In this document: piece by piece, positions 9,621-18,765 of the stretch
Layout of the letters: every line of letters begins with the position of its first letter
Position numbering within the stretch: the stretch's first letter is position 1
IMG/VR virus record: IMGVR_UViG_3300035099_000047
Location: 1 to 64,000 of that record
Reading direction: 5' to 3' (one strand)
DNA from: a virus
DNA: 64,000 nucleotides
Translations under genes and position numbers: made by a program
Notes under the pieces: model-generated
What the model was told of the DNA's origin: nothing
Database searches by the model: none
Seen by the model: only the letters and a program-made list of their open reading frames with translations

Positions 9621-9860
9621 TCACGGGCCTGAACCAACAAGAACAAACTTCCCATCCTTCAAACTGTAATCAGAACTCGACTCCGCAATCAAAACGCTCC
9701 CCCGCTTTAAGTCACGAACTTGAGTAATTATCCTCAAGTCGGTTCTAACTACCCCTGATACATCTTCCACAATGTGCAAAGAGTGTCCTGCAAGAGGCCC
9801 TCCTACAAACGGGATCATAGTTCCTTCTTTTGGAGTCTTTACAATTTGAATGTCCATCAC
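9621..9860 (-). CDS. Hypothetical protein
   Basis: FVGGPLAG motif; RBS. Confidence 0.55.
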   Translation of the reverse strand: MMDIQIVKTPKEGTMIPFVGGPLAGHSLHIVEDVSGVVRTDLRIITQVRDLKRGSVLIAESSSDYSLKDGKFVLVGSGP

Positions 9861-9885
9861 AGCACCTCACAGGTTAAGACAAAAT

Positions 9886-10221
9886 TCAGAGAGCGGCAAC
9901 ACCCACCCTCACCATATCTCTCAGTGTGCCTTTCAACTTTTCCACCTCGGACCGCAAGAATTCGAGTTCACCCTGACCCTTCAAGCTAGCATTAACCCTC
10001 CAAGCATCTTTTTGCCTTGTCAAACGTTTTGCCAAACGTTCCTGACACTTGTTAACACCATGAGCCCGGTTCCAAGCCATCCCTGCTTCTTGGGCCCTCA
10101 CCTCCATTCCCGCCTTTCTTACCAACTCCATGACCTGGTCTCGATTGAGATCCATGCGATTTAGACACAACTGCAACAGTTCGTTCCTGTTGAGTTTACG
10201 CAACTTACGAGGCTTAGCCAT
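9886..10221 (-). CDS. Hypothetical coiled-coil protein
   Basis: GGAG RBS. Confidence 0.55.
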   Translation of the reverse strand: MAKPRKLRKLNRNELLQLCLNRMDLNRDQVMELVRKAGMEVRAQEAGMAWNRAHGVNKCQERLAKRLTRQKDAWRVNASLKGQGELEFLRSEVEKLKGTLRDMVRVGVAAL

Positions 10222-10256
10222 CTCAACATCTCCAACAAGAGCAACAGAAACTCTCT

Positions 10257-10601
10257 CTACACTTTTGACACATCGTCAGGGACAAAATCTCCATAGGTGC
10301 CCGTCACCGAATCAAACGGTTGCCTTCCCATGTGCCAATGTTCTGGGTGACGAATCAGGTCTGTCAAGAGATCTCCCGCCGTCATCAACGCCGACCCCCG
10401 ACCGAAATTATAAATATAATTACCGGCAGGAGAGTAATCAACCATGAACCACTCCCAATGGTCCTGGTCGTCCAGGTCGCAGCGGTAGGTCCTACCTAGG
10501 CACCGCAAATCCTCTGGAGGAGACTGTTCCTCTGGAGTAGCCTGTTCGAGGAATGCTAACAGTTCGCTTGCTTGTTTTCCGTGTGTTGCTCTCAAGTACA
10601 T
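10257..10601 (-). CDS. Hypothetical protein
   Basis: GGAGG RBS. Confidence 0.6.
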   Translation of the reverse strand: MYLRATHGKQASELLAFLEQATPEEQSPPEDLRCLGRTYRCDLDDQDHWEWFMVDYSPAGNYIYNFGRGSALMTAGDLLTDLIRHPEHWHMGRQPFDSVTGTYGDFVPDDVSKV

Positions 10602-10649
10602 GTTATCCCCTCCAACGAATTATTATACAAACTCAAAGCCCTGATCCCT

Positions 10650-10898
10650 TCATGCAACCTTGCGACGGCCATGGTGAAACTCATCATTTAATTCAATTTT
10701 GTCAATCTCCGCCCAATGGGTATCATGCTTGACTTGTAAACAACGGTCCAGTTTTTCTCCGCTTACCATTCCCCGTTCCACCAAATCACACAAAAACCAT
10801 ACCAAATCCAACAACTCCTTGCTACCATATTCCAACGAACCGATTTGCCGTTGCCAATCAGCGGGAACCATGCAGGTTGGAATACAGGACGTGAACAT
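10650..10898 (-). CDS. Hypothetical protein
   Basis: ORF on coding strand. Confidence 0.5.
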   Translation of the reverse strand: MFTSCIPTCMVPADWQRQIGSLEYGSKELLDLVWFLCDLVERGMVSGEKLDRCLQVKHDTHWAEIDKIELNDEFHHGRRKVA

Positions 10899-10906
10899 GA
10901 AACTAA

Positions 10907-11500
10907 CTACCTACTAACCACTCCCGAGTTGTATAACGTTATGCAAAGTTTGAAGATATGCTTGCAGGCGCCAACTACATGGAGTGGATTCACGGGGGGC
11001 CTTGTAGTAGTCTTACGCTTGTATTTGAATGGTTGACCATACCAACTTTTCTTCTGTGAATTCCACCAACTAAAGCGAAAGCGTGCATCCAGGCAATCGC
11101 ATCTCACGCGCGTGTCATTGCGTGACAAGCTAAGTTTGTCAAAGTAATAGTCCTTATTGCCCACCCGAATTTGGACCGAATTAGGCCCTTTCTCTGGCGT
11201 ATAATTCACTCCCGTAAAAAGCACCATAGGATTGTACCAGTGGCGACCATCCTCGTGTTGCTCCCCCAAAGCACTTGCACTCACCAACAAAGTTTTCATA
11301 CCTACATAAGGGGTAAAAGCAACTTTTTTGATGTCTACCTGTTGAACTGCATACTGTCTTTTGGTAGTTTTAGGAAACCCTCGACGGACTTCTTTCTCCA
11401 ACGTATCAATCGTTGCCTCGTCCAGCAGTTTCAACAACTCTTTACCTAAAAACTCAATCAGAGGCATAAACTGATCTTCTTGCAATTGGATCGTTTTCAC
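10907..11500 (-). CDS. SWIM-type zinc-finger protein
   Basis: VRCDCLD...GACKHI. Confidence 0.65.
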   Translation of the reverse strand: MKTIQLQEDQFMPLIEFLGKELLKLLDEATIDTLEKEVRRGFPKTTKRQYAVQQVDIKKVAFTPYVGMKTLLVSASALGEQHEDGRHWYNPMVLFTGVNYTPEKGPNSVQIRVGNKDYYFDKLSLSRNDTRVRCDCLDARFRFSWWNSQKKSWYGQPFKYKRKTTTRPPVNPLHVVGACKHIFKLCITLYNSGVVSR

Positions 11501-11580
11501 CGTTGGGCCCCCTTAAACTAAAGGACACTTAACGCCCGGAACGATAACCACTAATCAACATAAGTGCTCCTCAACCATCC

Positions 11581-11913
11581 TCATTGTAGCCTACCACTTC
11601 CCATACCATGTACATAACTTTTCACCAGATCAAACGCCTCATTTTCTTTGAAGCCTTCCCTGACCAAACCCTCGTACATCCCCTTCAGCAGTAGTGACAA
11701 AGTGTCCAACACCAACTTAAACTTAGTAGCCTGATCCAGCTCAGCTTGCCTTTCAGGCCCTAACATTACCGAAGCAGGTTCTCCCATAATCTCATCACGG
11801 TGTTTCTTACACACGCAAAGCACTATTTGTTTACTTTTGGACCATACCGAGTGGGTCTGATAGGCGGAGCACCCAGCAACCTCACAAAACATTAACATAT
11901 TAGGTAGTCTCAT
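11581..11913 (-). CDS. Hypothetical Zn-binding protein
   Basis: CEVAGC...CVCKKH; paralogous to 12703..12903. Confidence 0.55.
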   Translation of the reverse strand: MRLPNMLMFCEVAGCSAYQTHSVWSKSKQIVLCVCKKHRDEIMGEPASVMLGPERQAELDQATKFKLVLDTLSLLLKGMYEGLVREGFKENEAFDLVKSYVHGMGSGRLQ

Positions 11914-12083
11914 GTTTTTTCCTCAACACGCGGAACCTCCTCCACCACCTATAGTCCCCTTCCCATAATCAAAAAATCATACCCACGGAAGGCAAACACG
12001 GCAAATCAAATGCTCTCCACAAATTATCTTGAACTTAACCCTTTTCGTCTTTCCATTGAAGCACAAAAATACAAGATACCATT

Positions 12084-12275
12084 TCACCCCCCCTCACTTT
12101 TCCCCTCATCGTCGCTCGGGGGATCCAAATCTTCTGGCAGCAGCTCATCTGGAACATCATCAACCCGCAATCCCAACACGCCTAACATTTTCCTAGCCTT
12201 TGTTAATTGACCACAATACTTGGTTATCAACTTGTGCCTTTCATCATCGGGCCTAGCATGAAACTTGTATCACAT
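12084..12275 (-). pseudogene. Degenerate paralog of 12302..12604 with TGG-to-TGA at codon 2
   Basis: M*YKFHA...KYCGQLTKARKMLGVLG versus MWYKFHA...KYTGLLIHASEMLRVLG. Confidence 0.6.
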
Positions 12276-12301
12276 AAGCCTATCTCCAATTCATCAGAAC
12301 A

Positions 12302-12604
12302 CTAGACATTCCCCGCCTTCCCCATAACACAATGAACAATCATCTGGTCATTCACCCCCAACACTCGAAGCATTTCCGACGCATGAATCAGTAAACCAGT
12401 ATATTTATCAACCTGGACATTCATTACCTCTTCAGGAAGTTCCTCCACCCGTTCAAACCCTCCAACAGGCCAATCAAAATCACGAGTCCAATGGTCCCAA
12501 TGATTTTGCAATGCTTTTTTCGACCATTTGCCTGTCAACCACACGTACTCTTCGACACGAGATTGATGACCTGGGCCATGAATAGCATGAAATTTGTACC
12601 ACAT
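12302..12604 (-). CDS. Hypothetical protein
   Basis: ORF on coding strand. Confidence 0.6.
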   Translation of the reverse strand: MWYKFHAIHGPGHQSRVEEYVWLTGKWSKKALQNHWDHWTRDFDWPVGGFERVEELPEEVMNVQVDKYTGLLIHASEMLRVLGVNDQMIVHCVMGKAGNV

Positions 12605-12705
12605 AATTTTATTGTATCCCCTTCGATTAAAATTCGTACCCCATAATTTTAATACGCCCTTTTCAATTAAAATTCGTACCCCATAATTTTATTAGGTACC
12701 CTTCA
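12590..12705. repeat. Three ~39-bp tandem AT-rich repeats
   Basis: ttaaaattcgtaccccataatttta occurs twice, plus a variant overlapping the start of 12302..12604. Confidence 0.8.
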
Positions 12706-12903
12706 ATTCACTGGAATGCCACAACCACAATTAGGGCACACCACTGTGTACTCAGGTGATTTTTCCTCGATAACTTCAGAATAGTGTTCTCCACAAACAC
12801 AAATCACCTTTCCCTGAAGTCTACTAAAAACCACCAGAGCAGCTAACTTCGTACATCCATCAACTTCGCAACGAGTGTGCTCAAATACCACTTTCATCCC
12901 CAA
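12703..12903 (-). CDS. Zn-binding small protein
   Basis: CEVDGC, CVCGEH and CPNCGC motifs. Confidence 0.6.
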   Translation of the reverse strand: MGMKVVFEHTRCEVDGCTKLAALVVFSRLQGKVICVCGEHYSEVIEEKSPEYTVVCPNCGCGIPVN

Positions 12904-13219
12904 TCTCCTCGTCAGTAGCCACCAATTCAGTTATCTTGGATGACCAATCTGGCTCCCAATCATCAAAATAGAACATGCGAACCACCACCAATTCCTCAAA
13001 CCCTCTCGGTCGTTCTCCATCCCAACCAACATCAGCCACGGCGAGCCAAGCCCCAGCCAAAGCATCCTGAAACCATTGGGTTTGAACCATCTCCTCCAAT
13101 GACTCGTACCTCAAACAACCCGCCTTAGCCACTCCACTATTCACCATCCAAAGGGAGTAGGGTATCCCAATCACGTTTGAACACCCCATTTCCCTCAATT
13201 TTTGAGAAGTTACCAACAT
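12881..13219 (-). CDS. Hypothetical protein
   Basis: ORF in operon. Confidence 0.55.
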   Translation of the reverse strand: MLVTSQKLREMGCSNVIGIPYSLWMVNSGVAKAGCLRYESLEEMVQTQWFQDALAGAWLAVADVGWDGERPRGFEELVVVRMFYFDDWEPDWSSKITELVATDEEIGDESGI

Positions 13220-13222
13220 AGC

Positions 13223-13801
13223 TCAATCTCCCAGCTCAACCACCTTTCCGAAACGGAACTCAGTCACGTCAGTATTCAGCAAAATTTGTAAATCCAAATC
13301 CTTCACCAACCGTTCCAACATTGTCTTAGTACGAGCTCGATTGTCCTGACCCCTCACGTATCTGAAGGGTTCATCCAAGCAAAGAAATCGCCTCAACGGA
13401 GGTCGGTGCATCAACACACAACCCAATCTCAAAGCCAAAGCCGCCACATCCACCACCCCACCACCGATTTCATTCAACGGGTCCTCCAATTCCACCCCAT
13501 CCCTGCTGAACACCATACGAGCCTCGGTCTTACCCCGTTTGCGGTCAAACCGAATGCTAAATTGATACGGATCCTCAAACACGGCATTCAAGCACCGAGT
13601 TACGATACCTGCCATGCGCTCATGAACCCGCTGCTGTATTGATTGGGCTACTGACTGAAAAATCACTTGTGACTCGTTGGCCGCTTCCAAGTTGGTTTGA
13701 ATTTGTTGCAACGCTTTGCATTCACGATCTGCATCAGCTAGCGCTCGTTGTCGTTCCAATAACAACTCATTGACTCGTTGACGGTATTCAGCCAGGCTCA
13801 T
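13223..13801 (-). CDS. SbcC/Rad50-like ATPase, C-terminal half
   Basis: Coiled coil, signature-like IGGGVVDVAALALR, Walker B FLCLDEPF. Confidence 0.8.
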   Translation of the reverse strand: MSLAEYRQRVNELLLERQRALADADRECKALQQIQTNLEAANESQVIFQSVAQSIQQRVHERMAGIVTRCLNAVFEDPYQFSIRFDRKRGKTEARMVFSRDGVELEDPLNEIGGGVVDVAALALRLGCVLMHRPPLRRFLCLDEPFRYVRGQDNRARTKTMLERLVKDLDLQILLNTDVTEFRFGKVVELGD

Positions 13802-13810
13802 CGCAATCTT

Positions 13811-14218
13811 CTAACTTTCATCCACACCAGACCCATCTTCCCCTCCCCACTTCCAATCATCCCCCTCTCGCAATTCCTTATTGGCCTTCCTCAAACACTC
13901 CAGGCTCTCTTCCAACAACCGAGCCTGAACCTTTTCAAATTCCGACATCTTCCTATCTGCATAATTATACACCTCAACTCCAGACAATTTATCCACCTTA
14001 AATATAACCCCTCCCATGCAATTGAATTCGATCCACTCCTTATCGTAGTTCTTATTCACGATATAATGTTCAAACAACTCAACCACTTTCTTTGCCGTCT
14101 CTTCAGGCATCTTTCTGGAGATTGTAGTTCCATTCAAATGAAGCACTACACATTTATCCATATTTGTCCTCCCACAATCCCGGTTTCCCTTCCGATTGAG
14201 CTTGTTTTTGTTTAGCAA
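13811..14218 (-). CDS. Hypothetical protein
   Basis: ORF; start probably MDKC. Confidence 0.5.
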   Translation of the reverse strand: MLNKNKLNRKGNRDCGRTNMDKCVVLHLNGTTISRKMPEETAKKVVELFEHYIVNKNYDKEWIEFNCMGGVIFKVDKLSGVEVYNYADRKMSEFEKVQARLLEESLECLRKANKELREGDDWKWGGEDGSGVDES

Positions 14219-14393
14219 ACGGTGGTTCCCCGTAATACACCATCATGTTCACTTCAACCCAAGTTGGGTGCCCGGTACGGTCGTGATGTTGAGCAGCCAA
14301 GCCTTGGGCATTGGGGCCATGCCAATGATATTGCTCTCCCCAACACACAAAACAACCTGCTAGCACATCCCGGACCGTGGAAGTCTCTCTCAT
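14154..14393 (-). CDS. Hypothetical Zn-binding protein
   Basis: CFVC...HHDRTGH. Confidence 0.55.
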   Translation of the reverse strand: MRETSTVRDVLAGCFVCWGEQYHWHGPNAQGLAAQHHDRTGHPTWVEVNMMVYYGEPPFAKQKQAQSEGKPGLWEDKYG

Positions 14394-14400
14394 AAATCAG

Positions 14401-14598
14401 TCACACCAACTCCCACCGCTGAACAGGGGTGCCGTTATCCACCACCCAACGAATCTTGCCATCTTGATGAAGATACTCCACCAACTTATCTGGCACTTCA
14501 TAACATTCATCCCCGGTGTCCAAACACCAGCCTGTCAACCATGTCAACTCAGCCCCAGCACGCAAGTGATTGAGCAGTTCCTCTACATTACGAATCAT
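14401..14598 (-). CDS. Hypothetical protein
   Basis: ATGA coupling. Confidence 0.55.
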   Translation of the reverse strand: MIRNVEELLNHLRAGAELTWLTGWCLDTGDECYEVPDKLVEYLHQDGKIRWVVDNGTPVQRWELV

Positions 14599-14873
14599 TC
14601 CTCATCCTTACTTAACAAATCTTTGTATTCTTTCTCAAACGCAACCAACTCCTCATCAAACTGTTTACCTTTGGCAGACAATTCCCCTTCCAACCGCTTC
14701 AACTCCGCTTCAGCTTCCTCCACTGATTCACAATCATAATCAGTACGTAGGCGGGTCTGTTGAGTTTGTAATGCCCCTTCAATGCGATTCACTTCACGCT
14801 GAAGACGATCCACATTGTTTTTCAAAGTCTCGTAACGCTTTAAGTCCATATCAACTCTCTTCCAACATTTCAA
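14595..14873 (-). CDS. Short coiled-coil protein associated with the SbcCD module
   Basis: Heptad-rich; immediately follows the SbcD-like gene. Confidence 0.6.
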   Translation of the reverse strand: MKCWKRVDMDLKRYETLKNNVDRLQREVNRIEGALQTQQTRLRTDYDCESVEEAEAELKRLEGELSAKGKQFDEELVAFEKEYKDLLSKDEE

Positions 14874-15768
14874 CTACGCAACTCTTTGTAGCCTCACTCA
14901 CCTTGTTAACCGGGTCTGCTATGTACCGTTTGACCTCTTCCGCAAAATCCAAGTAATCAGCCTCAACCCCTTCCAACTCCCTGAGAAAAGCATCCAATTC
15001 AGCCGTTCGTCCTTCCAACTTAATTGCCTCCTCAACCCCAATCCACTTATCCTCAGAACAATCCAACTCGTGGGGCTCAATAGATCCATCCTCAAACAAA
15101 AAGCCCACAGCTGGCCTGAGTGACTTCTCATCAATCCTGCGACGGATCAAACATCCACAATTGTACAACCGACCCTTTTGAAACCTGATATGGTTGTCCC
15201 CAAACACTGCCACATCATAACCCTTCAACTTATCTAGCATCAAACTAGCATGCATTTTCTTTGGAGCATTGGAATAACAACTGTCTGAAGTCCAAACATA
15301 ACTGTGTATCACCGCCACCTGCACTTCCCCCACACCAGAATCTTCCAACGGCCTTATTGCCGACCCCCAAGGGAACGAATGCATACACACCCTTCCCCAG
15401 GGGCATAAGGCCCAACTTCCCGCTTTACCCAAATCGACAATTGCCTTTGCCCTTTCCAAAGTCCAATAAGCAGACCGATGGAGGTCCTCATAGCTATGCA
15501 AGGGCAAATCGTGTTGGCCCGGTACTGCGTACATAGTCGGCAAATTGTCGATTGCCCAATTGATTAGTTCTGGGGGGGAGTTGTGCCGGTCGAAGATATC
15601 TCCCGCACAGATTACCGGACATTGGTGCTGATCAGCCAATCGTCGAACTTGGTTTAACACCCGACCTTGGGCCGCTAACCAATCCGGCTCCGCTGAGCGA
15701 GCAACTGGTGCAGTTAGGCTCAAATGAATATCAGCACAAACTAGAGCAACCACTTGTTTCCCCATCAA
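14851..15768 (-). CDS. SbcD/Mre11-like metallophosphoesterase nuclease
   Basis: ADIH, AGDIFD, PGQHD and GDNH motifs. Confidence 0.88.
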   Translation of the reverse strand: MMGKQVVALVCADIHLSLTAPVARSAEPDWLAAQGRVLNQVRRLADQHQCPVICAGDIFDRHNSPPELINWAIDNLPTMYAVPGQHDLPLHSYEDLHRSAYWTLERAKAIVDLGKAGSWALCPWGRVCMHSFPWGSAIRPLEDSGVGEVQVAVIHSYVWTSDSCYSNAPKKMHASLMLDKLKGYDVAVFGDNHIRFQKGRLYNCGCLIRRRIDEKSLRPAVGFLFEDGSIEPHELDCSEDKWIGVEEAIKLEGRTAELDAFLRELEGVEADYLDFAEEVKRYIADPVNKVSEATKSCVVEMLEES

Positions 15769-15969
15769 TCAACTTTCTTTAAGTTTCCTTTCCTGGCACC
15801 TCAGTAATTCCCCCTTCCTTTCTTCAGAGTTGGCTTTCAGCATGGCCTTTAAGGCATTCACAGAGAGACCTAACTTCCTGGCTTGTTCCTTCAGAGTTTC
15901 TCCTTGATGAGGGAACCTCACATGTCTATTATACTTTTGGGCCATCCTTATTCGGTTCCTTTCCGTCAA
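15769..15969 (-). CDS. Small HTH-like protein
   Basis: TLKEQARKLGLSVNALKAML. Confidence 0.45.
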   Translation of the reverse strand: MTERNRIRMAQKYNRHVRFPHQGETLKEQARKLGLSVNALKAMLKANSEERKGELLRCQERKLKES

Positions 15970-16532
15970 CCAACCTCATGATTCTCCGGATTATGGTAGG
16001 CTTGCTTCCGCTGATCCTCAGTCAAAGGTTTCATCACTTGTTTCTCCTGATACTCTCCTGGCTTGTATGGATTGCCTAATTCTATCTTCCGCTCCGGTCC
16101 ACAAGCGTCAAACAATGGCCACAAGGCTTTATATTCAGGATAAGCCGCCCCTTGAGGTCGCATTTTTCTACGGCGAGCAGCGTACAACATATTGCCATAG
16201 AGTGGCCCAAAATCCGGAACTGCCTTTTCACAGTCCTTGAATGCTTGTTCCAACTGGCTCAAACTCTCGGAGGTAACTCTTTCTCCATCCGCCGAACCCC
16301 AAAAGAAATCATCTGAACAAATGACCTCGAAGTTCAAGTCATCATCCCAAATCAAGTCGTGGAATTTGTCATACTTACGCATTAGTTTGAATAGGCTACA
16401 CACAAAATGGTATCCCTGAAGATGCTCCAAAACGCTCTGCAGCACCCCAATTGGAGGGAACACGTTACCCATTACCCTTTCCCATGCAACCAATCGCTGA
16501 ACCTGCTGAATCAAGTCGGCTAAATCACTCAT
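15966..16532 (-). CDS. Hypothetical phage protein
   Basis: CSDDFFWGSADGE...RRKMRPQGAAY. Confidence 0.6.
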   Translation of the reverse strand: MSDLADLIQQVQRLVAWERVMGNVFPPIGVLQSVLEHLQGYHFVCSLFKLMRKYDKFHDLIWDDDLNFEVICSDDFFWGSADGERVTSESLSQLEQAFKDCEKAVPDFGPLYGNMLYAARRRKMRPQGAAYPEYKALWPLFDACGPERKIELGNPYKPGEYQEKQVMKPLTEDQRKQAYHNPENHEVG

Positions 16533-17550
16533 CTTTCAACTTTCCCCCACAAATAGGGCACAAGCCCTTGGTTTCTTCTTTCAACTGCTTGCGGGCGGCA
16601 ACCAACCGTTCCTTCAATCCCTTCAACTCCCTTTCAGAACTAGCAACAACTTCCAACAATCCACTCAGTCCCTCCTCACGTTTGACCGATGCTTCACATT
16701 CTTCCTTCAACTTAGTCAACTCGGATAAATCAGGCACTGGTCGCCCGGTTTTTCGTTGCAACTGATTGATGTCATCCACTATAGCCTTGACTTTATTATA
16801 CCAATTCTGCCGATTGATTAGCTCTCCACCCTTCCTTGCTAGCACCTTACCCTTGATTAACAAGCCCTTCAATTGAGCCAGCCTTTGTTGGTCCCATTTT
16901 ATCTCAGCAACCAACTGGTTCAATCCCAGGGACCGCTGCCGCAACTGGTGAATCTCGGATTGTAGGCTCTCCAGGCTCTGGAGTATTTCGTCCATCGTAG
17001 GCACGTAGGCTGTTGCCGTAACACGTCCGCAGGCATCTTTGTACCTTTCGCCAACCACCCGCTCCTCCACCGTATATTGGCGTATACGTGACGACACACG
17101 GGATGTCACCAAGTCAATCACATCCAAGTCCACCAGCTTGTTCAACTGACGCGCCAGCTCCGGAGGGCTCATACCCACCCAAAATGGTGGATCATGTTGC
17201 CCAGCAAATGAATAATCGTTCACCCTTAACAAGGACTGTATGGCGGGGGGCACTTCATCCCGGAACGCTCTGAACTCATCCCCATCCAACCTATAAAGGT
17301 TATCACTACCATTGCGTTCCCTGGTCAACTTGTGGCCATCGACCTTACCACGCACTCTCACCAATTTGCTACCCCACCTACAAAACGCACCGCCTTTCGG
17401 CTTGTTCTGAAATAACCACCGTATCCCCCGTACCAAAGAACTTTTACCACTATCCGATGGGCCACATATAGTAGTGATTCCCTCTGACAAAGAGAGCTCG
17501 AACCTGGCATGGGTTTGAAAGTTTTCAAAAAGAAACTTTTCGACGCTCAC
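16525..17550 (-). CDS. SbcC/Rad50-like ATPase, N-terminal half with terminal zinc hook
   Basis: ENFQTH, Walker A GPSDSGKS, Q-loop AGQHD, coiled coil, C-terminal CPICG. Confidence 0.85.
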   Translation of the reverse strand: MSVEKFLFENFQTHARFELSLSEGITTICGPSDSGKSSLVRGIRWLFQNKPKGGAFCRWGSKLVRVRGKVDGHKLTRERNGSDNLYRLDGDEFRAFRDEVPPAIQSLLRVNDYSFAGQHDPPFWVGMSPPELARQLNKLVDLDVIDLVTSRVSSRIRQYTVEERVVGERYKDACGRVTATAYVPTMDEILQSLESLQSEIHQLRQRSLGLNQLVAEIKWDQQRLAQLKGLLIKGKVLARKGGELINRQNWYNKVKAIVDDINQLQRKTGRPVPDLSELTKLKEECEASVKREEGLSGLLEVVASSERELKGLKERLVAARKQLKEETKGLCPICGGKLKDE

Positions 17551-18014
17551 TTCTTACTCCCCCTGCAATACTCACTCATCGCCAAATCGAGCAACCACAA
17601 AGCGTCAGCCTGGTTATCATCAACTATGTTAGTATCAGGCCACTTATCACATGCTGCCTCCACCATCATGTCCTTACTGGCATTGGCGTTGCCTGTAGCA
17701 TGCTTTTTAATTTCCTTGGGAGAATATCCTTTGTATTGAATACCAAAACTATCACACCACCTCTTAACCACCCCTTGCATCTCTGCATGAACCACCAAGG
17801 CCCCTTGCATATGAGGAGCCCCATGCCTAGCCGCTTCGTAGACCACAAAATGAACTCCCACGGAATCCAAGACTTCGTTGAGCTTAGCTTCCAATCGAAG
17901 GAGCCTCATCCCGGACGATTCGTCACGTTTGACGGAGAGATTCCAAACACCACTAGCGCCATTGCTATGGGCCCATCCACATTTCGTCGCAATATCTAAA
18001 CTCAATATCTTCAT
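17547..18014 (-). CDS. ruvC: RuvC-like Holliday junction resolvase
   Basis: ILSLDIAT, VVYE, PKEIKKHATGNANASK, NQADAL. Confidence 0.85.
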   Translation of the reverse strand: MKILSLDIATKCGWAHSNGASGVWNLSVKRDESSGMRLLRLEAKLNEVLDSVGVHFVVYEAARHGAPHMQGALVVHAEMQGVVKRWCDSFGIQYKGYSPKEIKKHATGNANASKDMMVEAACDKWPDTNIVDDNQADALWLLDLAMSEYCRGSKK

Positions 18015-18262
18015 GTTTGTATAATCTTAGAGTACAATTCATTCCAGCCACAATCGCACCTGCTTTCCCTTCCTATTGCAGCATCATCCACCTCCGGGCA
18101 GGAAGGTCTGTGGTCTCCATATTCAATCAAATCTTGCTTCAATTTGAATAGTTCTGACTTTAGCCGGTCACATTCGCACCACGGACACGGCTGATGCGTA
18201 GCACTACACCCGTAAACCCTTCCACAAATCACGCAAACCAACCCCTCAGCAGTTTTAAACAT
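18011..18262 (-). CDS. Cys-rich hypothetical protein
   Basis: Multiple CxxC motifs. Confidence 0.5.
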   Translation of the reverse strand: MFKTAEGLVCVICGRVYGCSATHQPCPWCECDRLKSELFKLKQDLIEYGDHRPSCPEVDDAAIGRESRCDCGWNELYSKIIQT

Positions 18263-18672
18263 TTCCGCAACCCTTTCAGTACAAATCCATCCGACTCCGG
18301 CTTAATCCCAACCTTGACAATATCCCCACGGGGGCCTCTAACATAGTTGTATTTAGGCAGGAGCCACCACAATTTAGGAACCCCAGCGTCTCGCCTTTCA
18401 CGACCTAGTTTCAATCTTTCATCGTTCAGCAACTTATGCTTAGCTTCCCTTTTAGCTCTGGCTTCAAAAATAGACGTTTCACCAACAGACATATACATAT
18501 TGCAAACTTCGCAAAGGGGTACTGGTTTACCCACTTCAGCATCCTTTTCCACCAAATACCTTCCACACCTAGCACAATAATGAAATTCCAACGGAGCTAT
18601 CCAAGCCCCCAAGTCATCGATCTCTTTCATTCCCACAATCCTTTCAACAAACGAATTGCATTTTGTCTTCAC
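18229..18672 (-). CDS. Zn-ribbon hypothetical protein
   Basis: CARCG...CEVC. Confidence 0.5.
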   Translation of the reverse strand: MKTKCNSFVERIVGMKEIDDLGAWIAPLEFHYCARCGRYLVEKDAEVGKPVPLCEVCNMYMSVGETSIFEARAKREAKHKLLNDERLKLGRERRDAGVPKLWWLLPKYNYVRGPRGDIVKVGIKPESDGFVLKGLRKCLKLLRGWFA

Positions 18673-18765
18673 GCCGTCTTACTACCATGTCTGTAGGGTC
18701 TGCATTCATTATACAACATTTTGTCATGAAGAGCTTCCACCAGGGGAATACGATATTTTTCCACT

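Noticed and set aside
12270-12272. TGA-to-Trp recoding suggested by M*YKFHA
   Set aside because: Many well-supported genes end in TGA and long genes are intact in the standard code, so a pseudogene is the simpler explanation.
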